Shown here: positions 10,924 to 22,739 of the stretch, piece by piece
Numbering within the stretch: position 1 is the first letter of the stretch
Layout of the letters: every line of letters begins with the position of its first letter
NCBI RefSeq assembly: GCF_004010195.1
Contig: NC_057759.1
Coordinates: 3,566,397-3,610,166 of the forward strand
Reading direction: 5' to 3'
Source of the DNA: Chiloscyllium plagiosum
Taxonomy: Eukaryota
DNA length: 43,770 nucleotides
Notes under the pieces: generated by a model
What the model saw: only the letters and a program-made list of their open reading frames with translations
What the model was told of the DNA's origin: nothing
The model's database searches: none
Program-made: the position numbers and the translations under genes

Positions 10924-11930
10924 TGGTACTTCACCAGTATTCATAAAAGAACATCACTTTGCACTGAAACAAAAGCTGATGGCTTTCTGGAGACCAACAT
11001 TTTACATCATTACTCTCTATTAGATTCCACACTATACAAGATACAAAAGGTCCATTGTGTTTCCTACCTGGCCTCTGAAGAACAGCACAGAATCCCTTCT
11101 GTTGCAGTGTGTTACATTTTCACTAGCACGTGATTCCTACAGGCACTAACAATTAAAGAACTTCGGCTGTTTCCCATTCACTACAGGAGACATGAACAGA
11201 GAAACAGAGTGGCAGCACAAGAGCAAACTCACACTCAGCCACTGGATGCTGAAAGGAAAAGAATAAAATTTGGCCTCAATTATTTCCAGATATGAATTGA
11301 TTCTCAACATTACTTATCACAGCTGAGGACATACAGTGCCCAACAGCGCCTGATAAAGTCTACTATACAGCATGCGCACACAATGTAAAAAAAACAGACT
11401 GAAATGCAATACAATTAAGCATCATTGAAAAAAGTTTATTTATAGAGTTTGTGCTACACTCAGACAAAACCACAACTGAACACACGTGAATGAGATCCAG
11501 GAAATCTCCAATGACTCTTCTCCAGAGCTTGAGGATCCTTCCTTAAATAAATTGCCCAGAACTGTGATCTGACCAACCAAGGACTACAGTTATTAAAAGT
11601 CAGCTGTCTACAGAACTGATGTCAAAGTGTCCTTTCCATATAGACACTGACAATGAGTGGATGAAGTTCACATTCCAACTATTACTGCAGANNNNNNNNN
11701 NNNNNNNNNNNNNNNNNNNNNNNNNNNNNNNNNNNNNNNNNNNNNNNNNNNNNNNNNNNNNNNNNNNNNNNNNNNNNNNNNNNNNNNNNNNNNNNNNNNN
11801 NNNNNNNNNNNNNNNNNNNNNNNNNNNNNNNNNNCTATATCTTCCATATCCTTTTCCACAGTAAATACTGATGCAAAATATTCATTTAGTATCTCCCTCA
11901 TTTTCTGTGGCTCCACACAAATTTTGTGTG

Positions 11931-12230
11931 CGGCACGGTGGCACAGTGGTTAGCAATGCTGCCTCACAACGCCAGAGACCCGGGTTCATTTCCCGCCTCA
12001 GGCGACTGACTGTGTGGAGTTTGCACGTTCTCCCTGTGTCTGCGTGGGTTTCCTCCGGGTGCTCCGGTTTCCTCCCACAGTCCAAAGATGTGCAGGTAAG
12101 GTGAATTGGCTATGCTAAATTGCCCGTAGTGTAAGGTAAGGGGTAAATGTAGGGGTGGGTTGTGCTTCGGCGGGTCGGCGTGGACTTGTGGGCTGAAGGG
12201 CCTGTTTCCACACTGTAATGTAATCTAAAC
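11931..12230 (+). mobile_element. HE1-type SINE, full length
   Basis: tRNA head, GTGTGGAGTTTGCACGTTCTCC core, CR1-like 3' tail and TGTAA repeats. Confidence 0.9.
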
Positions 12231-12234
12231 TACA

Positions 12235-13080
12235 TTGATTCTATAAATAATTAGGAGTTGGGTGTTAAGGACATAATCTCTAAATTGCAGTTGACACTAA
12301 CTCAGGGAGAGGAGTGAATTGTGAGGAGGATGCTGAGTGACTTCACAGGGAAATTGACAAGTTGGCCAAATGGGCAGAAATCTGGCAGATGAATTCCATT
12401 GCAGACAAATGAAATGAAATGCATTTTGGTAACAGAAACACAGAACAACAATACAGGGTCAATGGTACATCTTTGAGGGGAGCACTGGAACATAGGGACC
12501 TCCGAGTTCATGTGTATCATTCTCTGAAGGTGGCCAGACAAGCTGAAACTGTTGTGAAGAAGGTTTATCGGATCCTTGCGGTTATAAATAAAGGCATTGA
12601 GTATAAAACTGAGGAACTGATGCTATACCCCTACAAATCATTGGTCAGACCACATTTGTGTTCAGTTCTATTTAAGGAAGGATCTTCAAGCTCTGGAGAG
12701 GGTCCATTGGAGATTTACTAAAATGATAACAGGAATGAAGGATTTTACATACAAGGAAGGATTAGTGACATCAGGCTTCTTCTCCTTGGAGCAGAGAAGA
12801 CTAAGAGGAGGACCTTATAGAGGTATTCAAAATTATGAAGAATTTTGACAGGGCAAAGAAGAATATTTTGTTACCATTACTTGGTATGTTAGTAACTAGG
12901 GGGTCACAATTTCAACACTGTCAGTAAGAAAGCTAGGAGTGACATGAAGAAAAATGTCTTTGCTCAGAGTTGTTAGGAGTTTGGATTGTGCAGCCTGGGA
13001 TCGTGGTGGAGATAGATTCCATATGAGGTATGATAATAAAGCTGGATGTGTGTTTTAAGTGATGAAGTTGGAGGGCAATG
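12235..13080 (+). mobile_element. CR1 RT C-terminal fragment, decayed
   Basis: Reads MHFGNRN...LYPYKSLVRPHL. Confidence 0.85.
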
Positions 13081-13503
13081 AAGATAGGGCGGATGAATGA
13101 TCCTGTCTTGAATTATTTCCAGCTCACCACAATTTAAATAAAAGATGTGCAGAGTACATTCAAACCATTGTCTAGTCTGCCTCGACCCATTCACCAGGAA
13201 ATCAAATGGATGCTCAAGTTAGGAAAGGACACCATAAAATCTCAAATCTCTGCCATCAACAGTTAGATTGTGCTACAGTGATATAAATTGACCCACTGAG
13301 ACTTCTGGGAGAGACCATAATTCAGATGGTTTCTCAAAACAAGTCCACCTTTGGAACTGCCATCTTGTTGAGTGAGTTGAGACAAAGCCTAGGAAGGCGC
13401 AGAAATGTGACATTGCTATGCCTTGGCCTCCTTATGTACTGGAAGATAGATTTGCTGTTGACCGATTTATGAAGCTTCGCAGGCTTTCTTCTGTGCTGTC
13501 TCA

Positions 13504-13630
13504 CTATGTCCGTAGAAGGTTGGCATAAACGTTTCCCTCTTAGTCTTGATCTGGTTCCTCATCCCTCCTGTATCTGTGTGCCTCAGGTGGCGTATGTGAT
13601 GCAGGGTGGTTGCTGTTCCGCTCGGTCAGC
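13504..13630 (-). pseudogene. Terminal coding exon with ITIM-like ITYAT(L) and NVYANL motifs, disrupted
   Basis: Acceptor TTCTTGTTGATCTGTTTTCAG. Phase-0 reading ADRAEQQPPCITYAT* (13583-85). A shifted frame gives DEEPDQD*EGNVYANLLRT* (stop 13504-06). Confidence 0.65.
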
Positions 13631-13654
13631 CTGAAAACAGATCAACAAGAAAAC

Positions 13655-14015
13655 ATATAAGATGATCAAAGGATTGGACACTCTGGCGGCAGGCAACATG
13701 TTTCCGCTGCGGGGTGAGTGCCGAAACAGAGGACACAGCTTAAAAATACGGGGTAGACCATTTAGGACAGAGATGAGGAGAAACATCTTCACCCAGAGAG
13801 TGGTGGCTGTGTGGAATGCTCTGCCCCAGAGGGCAGTGGAGGCACAGTCTCTGGATTCATTTAAGAAAGAGTTGGATAGAGCTCTCCAGGATAGTGGAAT
13901 CAAGGGTTATGGAGATAAGGCAGGAACAGGATACTGATTAAGGATGATCAGCCATGATCATATTGAATGGTGGTGCAGGCTCGAAGAGCAGAATGGCCTA
14001 CTCCTGCACCTATTG
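13655..14015 (+). mobile_element. CR1 3' end
   Basis: Reads RGHSLKIRGRPFRTEMRRNIFTQRVVAVWNALP; same subfamily as 9590-9960. Confidence 0.9.
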
Positions 14016-14029
14016 TAGTAGGAGCAGGA

Positions 14030-14915
14030 CCAAAATTGGTGGCATTTTGGACAGAGGAGAAGGTTTTCTAAGAGGACAATGGAAATTTGATCAACTGGGC
14101 CAGTGGGTCAGGGAATGGCTGATGAAGTTTAATTTAGATAAATGCGAGGTGTTGTATTTTGGTCAGGCAAACCAGGGCAGGACCTATACTGTTAATAGTA
14201 CAAGTTTGAGGAGTGTTTCTGAACAAACAAACCTAGGGGTGCAGAAAGACAGTTCCTTAAATGTGGCATTGCAGCAAGACACTGTAGTGAAGTAAGTATT
14301 TGGCACGCTTCCCTTCATTGGTCACAGCATTGACGACAGAAGTTGGGGCATCATTGTTGCAGCTGTACAGGATGTTGGTGAGGGCACTTTTAGAATACTG
14401 CGTGCAGTTCGGTCAACCTGCTGTAGAAAGGATGTTGTTAAGCTAGAAAGGTTACAGAAAAGGTTTACAAAGATGTTACCAAGATTGCAGGGTTTGAGTT
14501 ATAAGGAGAAGCTTATAACTCAATGGCCTTCTCCTGTTCCCCTGGAGCGTTGGAGTCTGAGGGGTGACCATAGGCAGGTTATAAAATCACGAGGGGCACA
14601 GAAAAGGTAAATAGGAATGGTCTTTTACCCAGGGTAGGGGTGTCCAAAGCTCGTGGGCATAGGTTTAAGGTGAGAGGGGAAAGATTAAAACAGGAGCTGA
14701 GAGGCAAATCTATCCCACAGAAGGCAGTGTGTATATGGAATGAGCTGCCAGAGGAAGTGGTAGAGGCAGGTAAAATTACACTTAAAAGACATTTGGAAAG
14801 GTACATGGATAAGGAAGGATTAGAGATATGGGCCAAATGCAGTTGAGTTTGGGAAACCAGGTCTGCATGGGCGAGTTGGACTGAAGGGCCTGTTTCTGTG
14901 CTGCATGACTCTATG
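14030..14915 (+). mobile_element. CR1 RT C-terminus and 3' UTR
   Basis: Reads TKIGG...WLMKFNLDKCEVL...RGHRFKVRG. Confidence 0.85.
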
Positions 14916-15046
14916 AAAACGGATGAGAAGAACAAACTTTGCCTCAAATACAAACAGTGTACAGGAGGAGCTGTGAAAATCTGGGGTCATTTTACAGACC
15001 AGTTTCTCTTGGCAAAGCACATGACTAGAACAAGCCTAAAACTGAC

Positions 15047-15120
15047 CTTAACAAATGTTATTTCTCTGTACTCTGAACAGGACGTGGCCATCTCTGCCAA
15101 GGTGGGAAGTGGTTCCAATT
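15047..15120 (-). pseudogene. Cytoplasmic exon (74 nt, phase 1-0) with ITIM-like SEYREI
   Basis: CATTTCAG|AATTGG...GTTAAG|GTCAGT. Reads LEPLPTLAEMATSCSEYREITFVK, and its exit phase fits the terminal exon. The pyrimidine tract is weak. Confidence 0.5.
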
Positions 15121-15239
15121 CTGAAATGTCCTTAAACCAATCGACTTGCTCAGCCAGAGGCAGTGAAGAATTTGCAAAGGGTTAGGAGTCAAGAAGACCA
15201 GGTAAGGACGGCAGATTTCATTCCCTTAAGGACAATCAC

Positions 15240-15490
15240 AGACAGGAACAGGAGAAGGCCATTCAGCCCCTCAAGCCTGCTCAGCTATTCAATCACATCA
15301 TGGCTGATGCCCGATTCCTCACGCTCACTTTCCTGCACTGAACATGTAATCCGCAATGCCCTGACTGATCAAGAATCTATCTATCCCAGCCTTAAACCTA
15401 TTCACTGTCCCCACACACAGCTCTCTGTTGCAAGGAATTCCAAAGACTCTCAACCTCAGATAAGAAATTCCTCCTCACCTCAGTCTTCAA
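15240..15490 (-). mobile_element. CR1 3' end, decayed
   Basis: Minus reading KLKTEVRRNFLS..LWNSL. Confidence 0.65.
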
Positions 15491-15749
15491 TTTTGAACCA
15501 GATGGTTGTTTGTTCCTGACAACAGTCATTATTAGAGTCTTAACTCCAGATCTGTTTTTGTTTAAAATCAAATTCCAAATCCACCACCTGCCACAGCAAA
15601 ATTCAAAATCACATCTGCAGGGCATACCCTGGGGAGCTGAAAACAGGATTTTGCTTCCCCATTATTTCAGAAACTCAAAGTGAATCTCTTCAAAATTGAT
15701 ATCAGAATAAATTGCCTCACACCATTGAGTTAAACATTGATGTCCACAG

Positions 15750-16610
15750 AATCCATATACAAGGAAGTGTACCGACAACTGAACAACCAGGAACACTACA
15801 GGCAACTACCAGCTGATCCGACCAAAGAACACACCCGAGAATTAAACACACTGATCAAAACTTTGGATCCAGTCCTTCGCGCCCTCATCCCACGTACCTC
15901 TCGTGTAGGCGACTTCTACTGCCTTCCAAAGGTACACAAAGCCAACACACCGAGACGTCCCATCGTGTCAGGCAATGGGACCCTATGTGAGAATCTCTCT
16001 GGCTATGTGGAAGGCATCTTGAAACCTATTGTACAGGGGATCTCCAGCTTCTGTCGCGACACTACGGATTTCTTACAGAAACTCAGCACCCATGGACCAG
16101 TTGAACGGGGAATATTCCTCGTCATAATGGACGTTTCCGCACTCTACACCAGCATCCCCCACAAGGATGGCATCGCAGCAACAGTCTCAGTACTCAACAC
16201 CAACAACTGCCAGTCTCCAAACACCATCCTACAACTCATCAGCTTTATCCTCGATCATATCGTCTTCACCTTTGACAACCAATTCTTCATCCAGACTCAC
16301 GGAACAGCCATGGGGATCAACTTTGCACCCCAATATGCCAAAACTTTTATGCACAGGCTCGAGAACAGCCATGGGATCAACTTTGCACCCCAATATGCCA
16401 AAACTTTTATGCACAGGCTCGAACAAGATTTCTTCTCTATGCAGGATCTCCAACCGACATTGTACACCAGGTACATTGATGACATTTTCTTCCTCTGGAC
16501 CCATGGCAAGGAGTCACTGATAAAACTACACAGTGACATCAACAAGTTTCATCCCACCATCAAACTCACCATGGACTACTCTCGACTGTCTGTCTCATTC
16601 TTGGACACGG
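15750..16610 (+). mobile_element. Penelope-like reverse transcriptase fragment (open frame within ORF 15737-16699)
   Basis: PLE RT motifs YCLPKVHK, RPIVS, MDVSALYTSI, QTHGTAMG and RYIDDIF. Internal 60-nt tandem duplication. Confidence 0.9.
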
Positions 16611-16659
16611 ACAGACACAGGTACACACAGACACCCACACATACCCTTATAGACACTCA

Positions 16660-16826
16660 GGAGAAAGTGAGGACTGCAGATGCTGGAGTTCAGAGCTGAA
16701 AATATGTTGCTGGAAAAGCGCAGCAGGTCAGGCAGCATCCAAGGAACAGGAGAATCGACGTTTCGGGCATAAGCCCTTCTTCAGGAATCCTGAAGAAGGG
16801 CTTATGCCCGAAACGTCGATTCTCCT
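16660..16826. mobile_element. Palindromic PLE-associated repeat (family B)
   Basis: Perfect inverted arms at 16748-16785 and 16789-16826 around AAT. Confidence 0.85.
16784..16823 (+). ncRNA. Minimal type I hammerhead ribozyme (family B), mirrored on minus strand
   Basis: GGAAUC-CUGAAGA-A-GGGC/UUAU/GCCC-GAAA-CG-UC-GAUUCU. Core intact, 6-bp stem I, predicted cleavage after C16817. Confidence 0.75.
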
Positions 16827-17758
16827 CATTTGTCCTAGCAAGTACAAGATGAGAAACTTTGGAAACCTGTCTCTTTTTTTTCCCAGCAATGTTCAAATTA
16901 AAAAATATCAATGATAAATTAATAATAGCACTGTGCTGATCTGACAGCTCACTTAAAAGACCACAGTGCAAACTCCACTCCTCTGCTGTTAATCCTTGTA
17001 ATAATCAGGGCAGGGACAAACACTATGCCATTCTCCACCTAGAAATTCCCATCAGACACTGGTGGAACACAAACATTGAACCGATTCCTCAGCATAAGTA
17101 GGATAGGGCGATTCAACTTTAGATGCCTTCAAGCTGTCACTAATCTGGTCCTCTGCAAGTCCTCATAACTGCGAATGATGTATGATAGAAGGAGACAGGG
17201 TCAAAAAGAAATATGTTAACAGGCTGATCCAGCAAAGAAAGCCCTATTCATGTTTCATGAGGTTGCCTGGTGTGATGACAGATTTAATAGACAGGAATAT
17301 TCAATCGGTTTTAATCACACTCTGCCCAGTCTCACATATCTCGGATTTAGTTAAAACTCTCAACATACTTAACATTACCAATAACATTTTTGGACTAAAC
17401 AAGGCCCTATTTTGAATTGCCCTAAAGTTTCCAAAATGCAAAACTAAACACCAAACATACCTGTTTACTAAAAGAAAATAAAAGCCTCATTCCCCATGTA
17501 TGACTCATGGGCAGTTGGTGGACGTGTTTCGCAACGAGGCTTGAAAAGCGTTTAATTAGCACCAAGAGAACCCAGGATTTGATCGCTCACTTGCTCCTCT
17601 TTAATCCTGCTTCCCTTTCCTGTGTGATCCTGTATCCACTGCCAAACCCCGTCACTCCTAGCCCACTCTGTCCATACTTATCCCACAACTCATGTTAGCA
17701 TTTTGGCAGAGATGTTACACGTGGGTGAAGCTGGCTGAGTCTGCCTCTTCTGAGTTAC

Positions 17759-17865
17759 CTGGAACCCCGAACTTTAGCCAAATCCCTGCGGGAGCAAAAC
17801 GTACACATCTGAATCCTGGACAACTGCAACTTGCGGCTGTGAAGTTCCACTGCTTTCGCCAGTCC
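17759..17865 (-). pseudogene. Cytoplasmic exon (107 nt) with in-frame stop
   Basis: CTTTTATTTCAG|GGACTGG...CCAG|GTAACT. Phase-1 reading TGESSGTSQPQVAVVQDSDVYVLLPQGFG* (TAA at 17774-17776). Confidence 0.55.
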
Positions 17866-18264
17866 CTGAAATAAAAGTTGGGAATTAATTCTTTTCTTAA
17901 AATGCATTCAGTTCACTATAAATCGAGTTATTTTTAGCACAGTGTTACTAATGTACAGACCAAATTGTGATACTCACTTGGTTTAAACTATATATAACTC
18001 AACAGAATAAAACCTTGCTTCATGTGTTTCCAATCAGGCCTGACCCCGATTTCTGACTCTTTGAGTGTGTTCATGTGAAATTCAGTCAATGATACACACA
18101 CCCGTCTATAACTAAACTGCAGCCATCTAAACACATGCACAATCAAAACACACTGACCAGCCTGAATGCAGAGGAGAAAAGGCAGCGATGGCCTCGGATG
18201 TAGCATTAAGAGCCTCTCACTACACTGCCATCTACGGGACTGTGAAGCATACAATTCAAACTTG

Positions 18265-18702
18265 GTTAAAAATCACACAACACCAGGTTATAGTCCTACA
18301 GGTTTAATTGGAAGCACACTAGCTTTCGGAGCGACGTTCCTTCATCAGGTGATTGTGGAGGGCTCGATCGTAACACAGAATTTATAGCAAACGTTTGCAG
18401 TGTGATGTAACTGAAATTATACATTGAAGAATTGGTTGTCTGTTAAGCCTTTCATCTGTTAGAATACAGTGATAGTTTCACTTCTTTCATGAAAGATCTG
18501 TATTCTAACAGATGAAAGGCTTAACAGACAATCAATTCTTCAATGTATAATTTCAGTTACATCACACTGCAAATTTTTGCTATAAATTCTGTGTTACGAT
18601 CGAGCCCTCCACAATCACCTGATGAAGGAGCGTCACTCCGAAAGCTAGTGTGCTTCCAATTAAACCTGTTGGACTATAACCTGGTGTTGTGTGATTTTTA
18701 AC
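18265..18702. mobile_element. Fold-back PLE terminal repeat (family C), ~205-bp inverted arms
   Basis: 18265-18469 is a near-perfect reverse complement of 18498-18702. Confidence 0.9.
18616..18650 (+). ncRNA. Minimal type I hammerhead ribozyme (family C), mirrored on minus strand ~18317-18352
   Basis: CAC-CUGAUGA-A-GGAG/CGUCA/CUCC-GAAA-GC-UA-GUG. Palindromic AGCU stem III, predicted cleavage after A18647. Confidence 0.75.
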
Positions 18703-18859
18703 AGAATCCATATAGTGTGTAAAGAGAGCATTCAGCCCATCCCATCTGTCCCAAGCCAGTGAAGAGGATCCCACCCAGACCCCAACCCTACTCCTGTAAC
18801 TATGCAGTAACCATGGCCAATCCCCCTCAGCTGTACATGGAAGCTGGCATTTCAGCCAA

Positions 18860-19147
18860 TCGAGTCCATATACTGACCCTCTGAATGTCATCCCACTCCG
18901 ACCCACCACCCTCTCTAATCCCTGTAACCCTGCATTTACCATGGCTAATCCTCCTAGCCTGCATAACTCTCACTATTAAACTGCACATCTTTGGACTGTG
19001 GGAGGAAACCGGAGCACCCGGAGAAAACTCACGCAGAGAAGGGGAGAACATGCAAACTCCCAATAGACAAGTCGCCCAAGGCTGGAATTGCTCCTGAGTC
19101 CCTGGTGCTGAGGCAGCAATGCCAACCACTGAGCCACTGTGCCACCC
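18860..19147 (-). mobile_element. HE1-type SINE, diverged
   Basis: Homology to 11931-12230 on the reverse strand. Confidence 0.85.
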
Positions 19148-19169
19148 AATGATTTTACCACTGGCCATG

Positions 19170-19390
19170 TAGGGGTTGGTTAGCTCAGTTGATTCTACAG
19201 TTGGCTTACAATGTATAGTCAGGCTGACAGCTTGCGGTTCAATTGCTGCTCTGGTTGAGATTGCTGTGAATGATCATTCCCTGTGCCTTCGATGTGGTGA
19301 CCCTCAGGTTAAACCATAAACAGTTGTTGCTTTTTCTCTCTCTTTCTCCCCCACACCTCTCTCTCTCTCTCTCTCTCATGAGACAATGGT
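19170..19390 (+). mobile_element. Second tRNA-derived SINE family, diverged
   Basis: TAGCTCAGTTG A box, GGTTCAATT B box and GGTGACCCTCAGGTTAAACC core shared with 27885-28075. Confidence 0.6.
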
Positions 19391-19473
19391 GAACTTACAT
19401 TAACCGCCTGGTAAAAACATAACTTTGCTGATTAAAAATTAACTGCTGTCTTTTTCACTGCAATATAACTTAC

Positions 19474-19505
19474 GTGATTCTTTCCTGCTGCACCATGAGA
19501 GGGAC
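19474..19505 (-). pseudogene. Cytoplasmic micro-exon (32 nt)
   Basis: GTCTTTTCTTTCATTTACAG|GTCCCTCTC...AATCAC|GTAAGT. Strong splice sites in a short non-repeat island. Confidence 0.6.
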
Positions 19506-19544
19506 CTGTAAATGAAAGAAAAGACATTTTACCAACAGTACGTA

Positions 19545-22500
19545 TAGAATTTAGAAACGTACAGCACAGAACAGGCTCTTTGGCCCACGATGTTGTGCCA
19601 AGATTTAATCCTAATGTAAAATACAGTAACTTAACCTACAGACCCCTCAACTCACTGCTATCCATGTGCATGTCTAGCAGTCGCTTAAATGTCCTCAGTG
19701 ACTCTGCTTCCACCGTCACAGCTGGCAATGCATTCCATGCATTCACAACTCTCCGCATAAAGAACCTACCTCTGACGTGTCCTTTATACCTTCCTCCTAA
19801 TATCTTCAAACAATGACTTCTCGTACCAGTCAATCTGCCCTGGGGAAAAGTCTCTGGCTATTGACTCTATCTATTCCTCTCATTATTTTGTACACCTCGT
19901 TCGGGTCTCCTCTCTTCCGAGAGAAAAGTCCAAGCTTATTCAACCTTTCTTCATAAGGCAAGCCCTCCAGTCCGGGCAGCATCCTGGTGAACCTTCTTTG
20001 CACGCTCTCCAAAGTCTCTGCATCTTTCCTATAGTAAGGCGACCAGAACTGGACACAATATTCCAAGTGTGGTCTCACCAGGGACTTGTAGAGCTGCAGC
20101 AAAACCTCGCGGCTCTTAAACTCGATCCCCCTGTTAATGAAAGCCAAAACACCATATGCTTTCTTAATAACCCTATCCACTTGGGTGGCAACTTTGAGGG
20201 ATCTATGCACTTGCATACCCAGATCCCTGTGTTCCTCCACACTGCCAAGAATCCTGTCTTTAATCCTATATTCAGCAAAGCATCACTTTGCATTTATCCA
20301 GTTTGAACTCCATCTGCCATTTCTCAGCCCAGCTCTGCGCTGCAGCCTACAGTAGCCTCTATAACCATCGATAACACCTCCAACTTTTGTGTCATCTGCA
20401 AATTTACTAAACCACCCCTCAACCTCCTCATCCAAGTCATTTATAAAAACTACAAAGAGCAGAGGCCCAAGAACAGAGCCTTCAGGGAACCCACTCAACA
20501 CTTAACCTCCAAGCACAATACTTTCCATCTACAACCACACTCTGCCTTCTGTCAGCCAGCCAATTCTGAATCCAGATAGCCAAATCTCCCTGTATCCTAT
20601 ACTTCCTGACTTTATGAATAAACCTACCATGGGGAACCCTATCAAATTCCTTGCTGAAGTCCATATACACCACATCCACTGCTCGACTGTCGTTAACCTG
20701 TCAACTCAATAAGATTTGCGAGGCATGACTTGCCCCTCACAAAGCCATGCTGACTGCCTTTAATCACACTATGCTTTGCCAACTAGTCATAAATCCTATC
20801 CCTCAGAATTCTTTCCAAAACTTTGCTGACCACAGACGCAAGACTGACTGGTCTGTAATTGCCAGGGATTTCCATATTACCCTTCTTGAAAAGAGAAACA
20901 ACATCCGCCTCCTTCCAATCCTCCAGTACGACTTCCATGGAGACTGAGGAGGCAAATATCCTAGCCAGCGGCTTAGCAACCTCCTTTCTCACTTCCCAGA
21001 GCAGCCTAGGATAAATTGGTCTGGCCCTGGGGACTTATCAATCTTAATGTTTTCCAAAATTTCTGGCATATCAACTTCATCAATCTTAATCTGGTCAAGC
21101 ATGTGTCCCAGCTCCTCTAAGTTTTCAATTACAAGAAGTTCCTTTTCCTTGGTGAAAACTGAAGCAAAAAACTAATTTAGTGCTTCACCTAGCTGCTTAG
21201 ACTCCATGCACAAGTTCCCTCCTCTATCCCTGATTGGCCCTGCCTTCTCCCTAATCATTCTCTTATTCATCACATATGAGTAAAATGCCTTTAGGTTCTC
21301 CCTAATCCTTCTTGCCAACCTTTTTCGTGCCCCCTCCTGGCTCTCCTCAGTCCATTTCTGAACTCCTTTCTAGCAAGCCTGTAATCTTCTAAAGCTGTAC
21401 TAGACCCTTGCTTCCTCCACCTTACGTAAGCTGTCTTCTCATCCTTTTGACGAGAAGTTCCTCTGTTCTCGCCATCCAAGGTTCCTTAATCTTATCCCTT
21501 CTTACCTGTCTCAAAGGAACAAATTTGTGCATCACTCGCAACAACTGCTCTTTAAATAGTATCCACATGTCTGCTGTGTCCTTTCTGTGGAACAATTGCT
21601 CCCAGCCTGTATTTCCCAACTCCTGTCTGATAGCGCCATAATTTCCTTTTCCCCAATTAAATATCTTCCCTTGGTAACTACTCCTTTCACTTTCCAAGGC
21701 TATGCTAAATAGGAGTCGGTTGTGATCACTTTCACCGAAGTGCTCTCCCACTATGAGATCTGACAACGTTCCTGGCTCATTGCCGAGCACCAAATCCAAA
21801 ATGGCCTCTCCCCTCGTCTACATCCTGAGTAAGGAAACCCTCCTGAACGCACCTGATAAAAATGGTTCCATCCAAACCATCTGCACTTAGGAGGTTCTAG
21901 TCGATATTGGGAAAGTTGAAATCACCCATAACAACAACCTTGCTACTTTTGCATTTTCCAGAATTTGCCCGCCTATGAGATCTTCAATCTCTCTACTCCT
22001 ATTAGGTGGTTACCAAGGGAAGAAAACCCCCAATGCGGTGGCTGTCCCTTGCTGTTCCTAACTTCCACCCCATACTGACTCAGTAGACAAACATTCTTCA
22101 ATAACCTTCATTTCTGTAGCTGTGATGCACTCTCTGATTAGCAATGCTACACTCCCTCCTCTTTTTCCATCCTCCTTGTTCTTTTTAAATGTTCTAAACC
22201 CTGGAACATCAAGCAACCATTCGTGCCCCTGTGAAACCCATGTCTCCAATTATGACCACAACATCATAGTCCCCAAGTACTGATCCATGATCTAAGTTCA
22301 TCACTCATTATTTCAGATACTCCTTGCATTAAAGAAGACACACTTTAACCGATCCCGTTGTTTCATCACGTGAGAAACCTTCCCGATAGATTCAATATAT
22401 CCTGTCAATATCCCGTCAGCAACTGACCCCCTCTCAGACAAGTGGCTCTGATTCCCACCCCCCTGCCAAACTAGTTTAAACCCTCCCGAATCACACGAGC

Positions 22501-22690
22501 AAATCTCCCACCCAGGATATTTGTGCACCTCCAGTTCAGGTGCAATCCATCCCTCACGTACAGGTCCCACCTTCTCCCCAGAAGGTATCCCAATGGTCTA
22601 GGTATCTGAAGTCCTCCCTCCTGCACCAGCCTCGCAGCCACGTGTTAAGCTGCATTCGCTGACTGTTACTCATCTCACCATCTCGTGGAA
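19545..22690 (-). mobile_element. Long CR1 LINE (ORF1 end, endonuclease, RT, 3' UTR), decayed
   Basis: ORF1 esterase DGLHL-like motif near 22550. Then FNARSI, ETW, GGSVALLI, DLVLGN, PGNYRPVSL, YMDFSK, FADDTKVGG and YKSLVRPHLEYC, in collinear order. Confidence 0.92.
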
Positions 22691-22739
22691 TCTGAATGAA
22701 TTGTGCGGGGATGCACAGGGACATTTACCAGCATATTGC

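Noticed and set aside
11068..11250. Minus-strand reading resembling an Ig C1 end (VSCSEWETAEV/FNC...ES)
   Set aside because: It needs a frameshift and two stops, has no convincing N-terminal half, and the paralogous block at 42480-42637 does not conserve the reading.
11931..12005. tRNA gene
   Set aside because: It is the tRNA-derived head of an HE1-type SINE, followed by the SINE body and tail.
16929..17960. CACAGTG/CACTGTG heptamers as V(D)J recombination signals
   Set aside because: No ACAAAAACC-like nonamer at 12- or 23-bp spacing and no V or J segments.
17978..18170. Additional minus-strand exon ending at donor CAA|GTGAGT (17977)
   Set aside because: No acceptor gives a sensible open frame that fits neighbouring exons.
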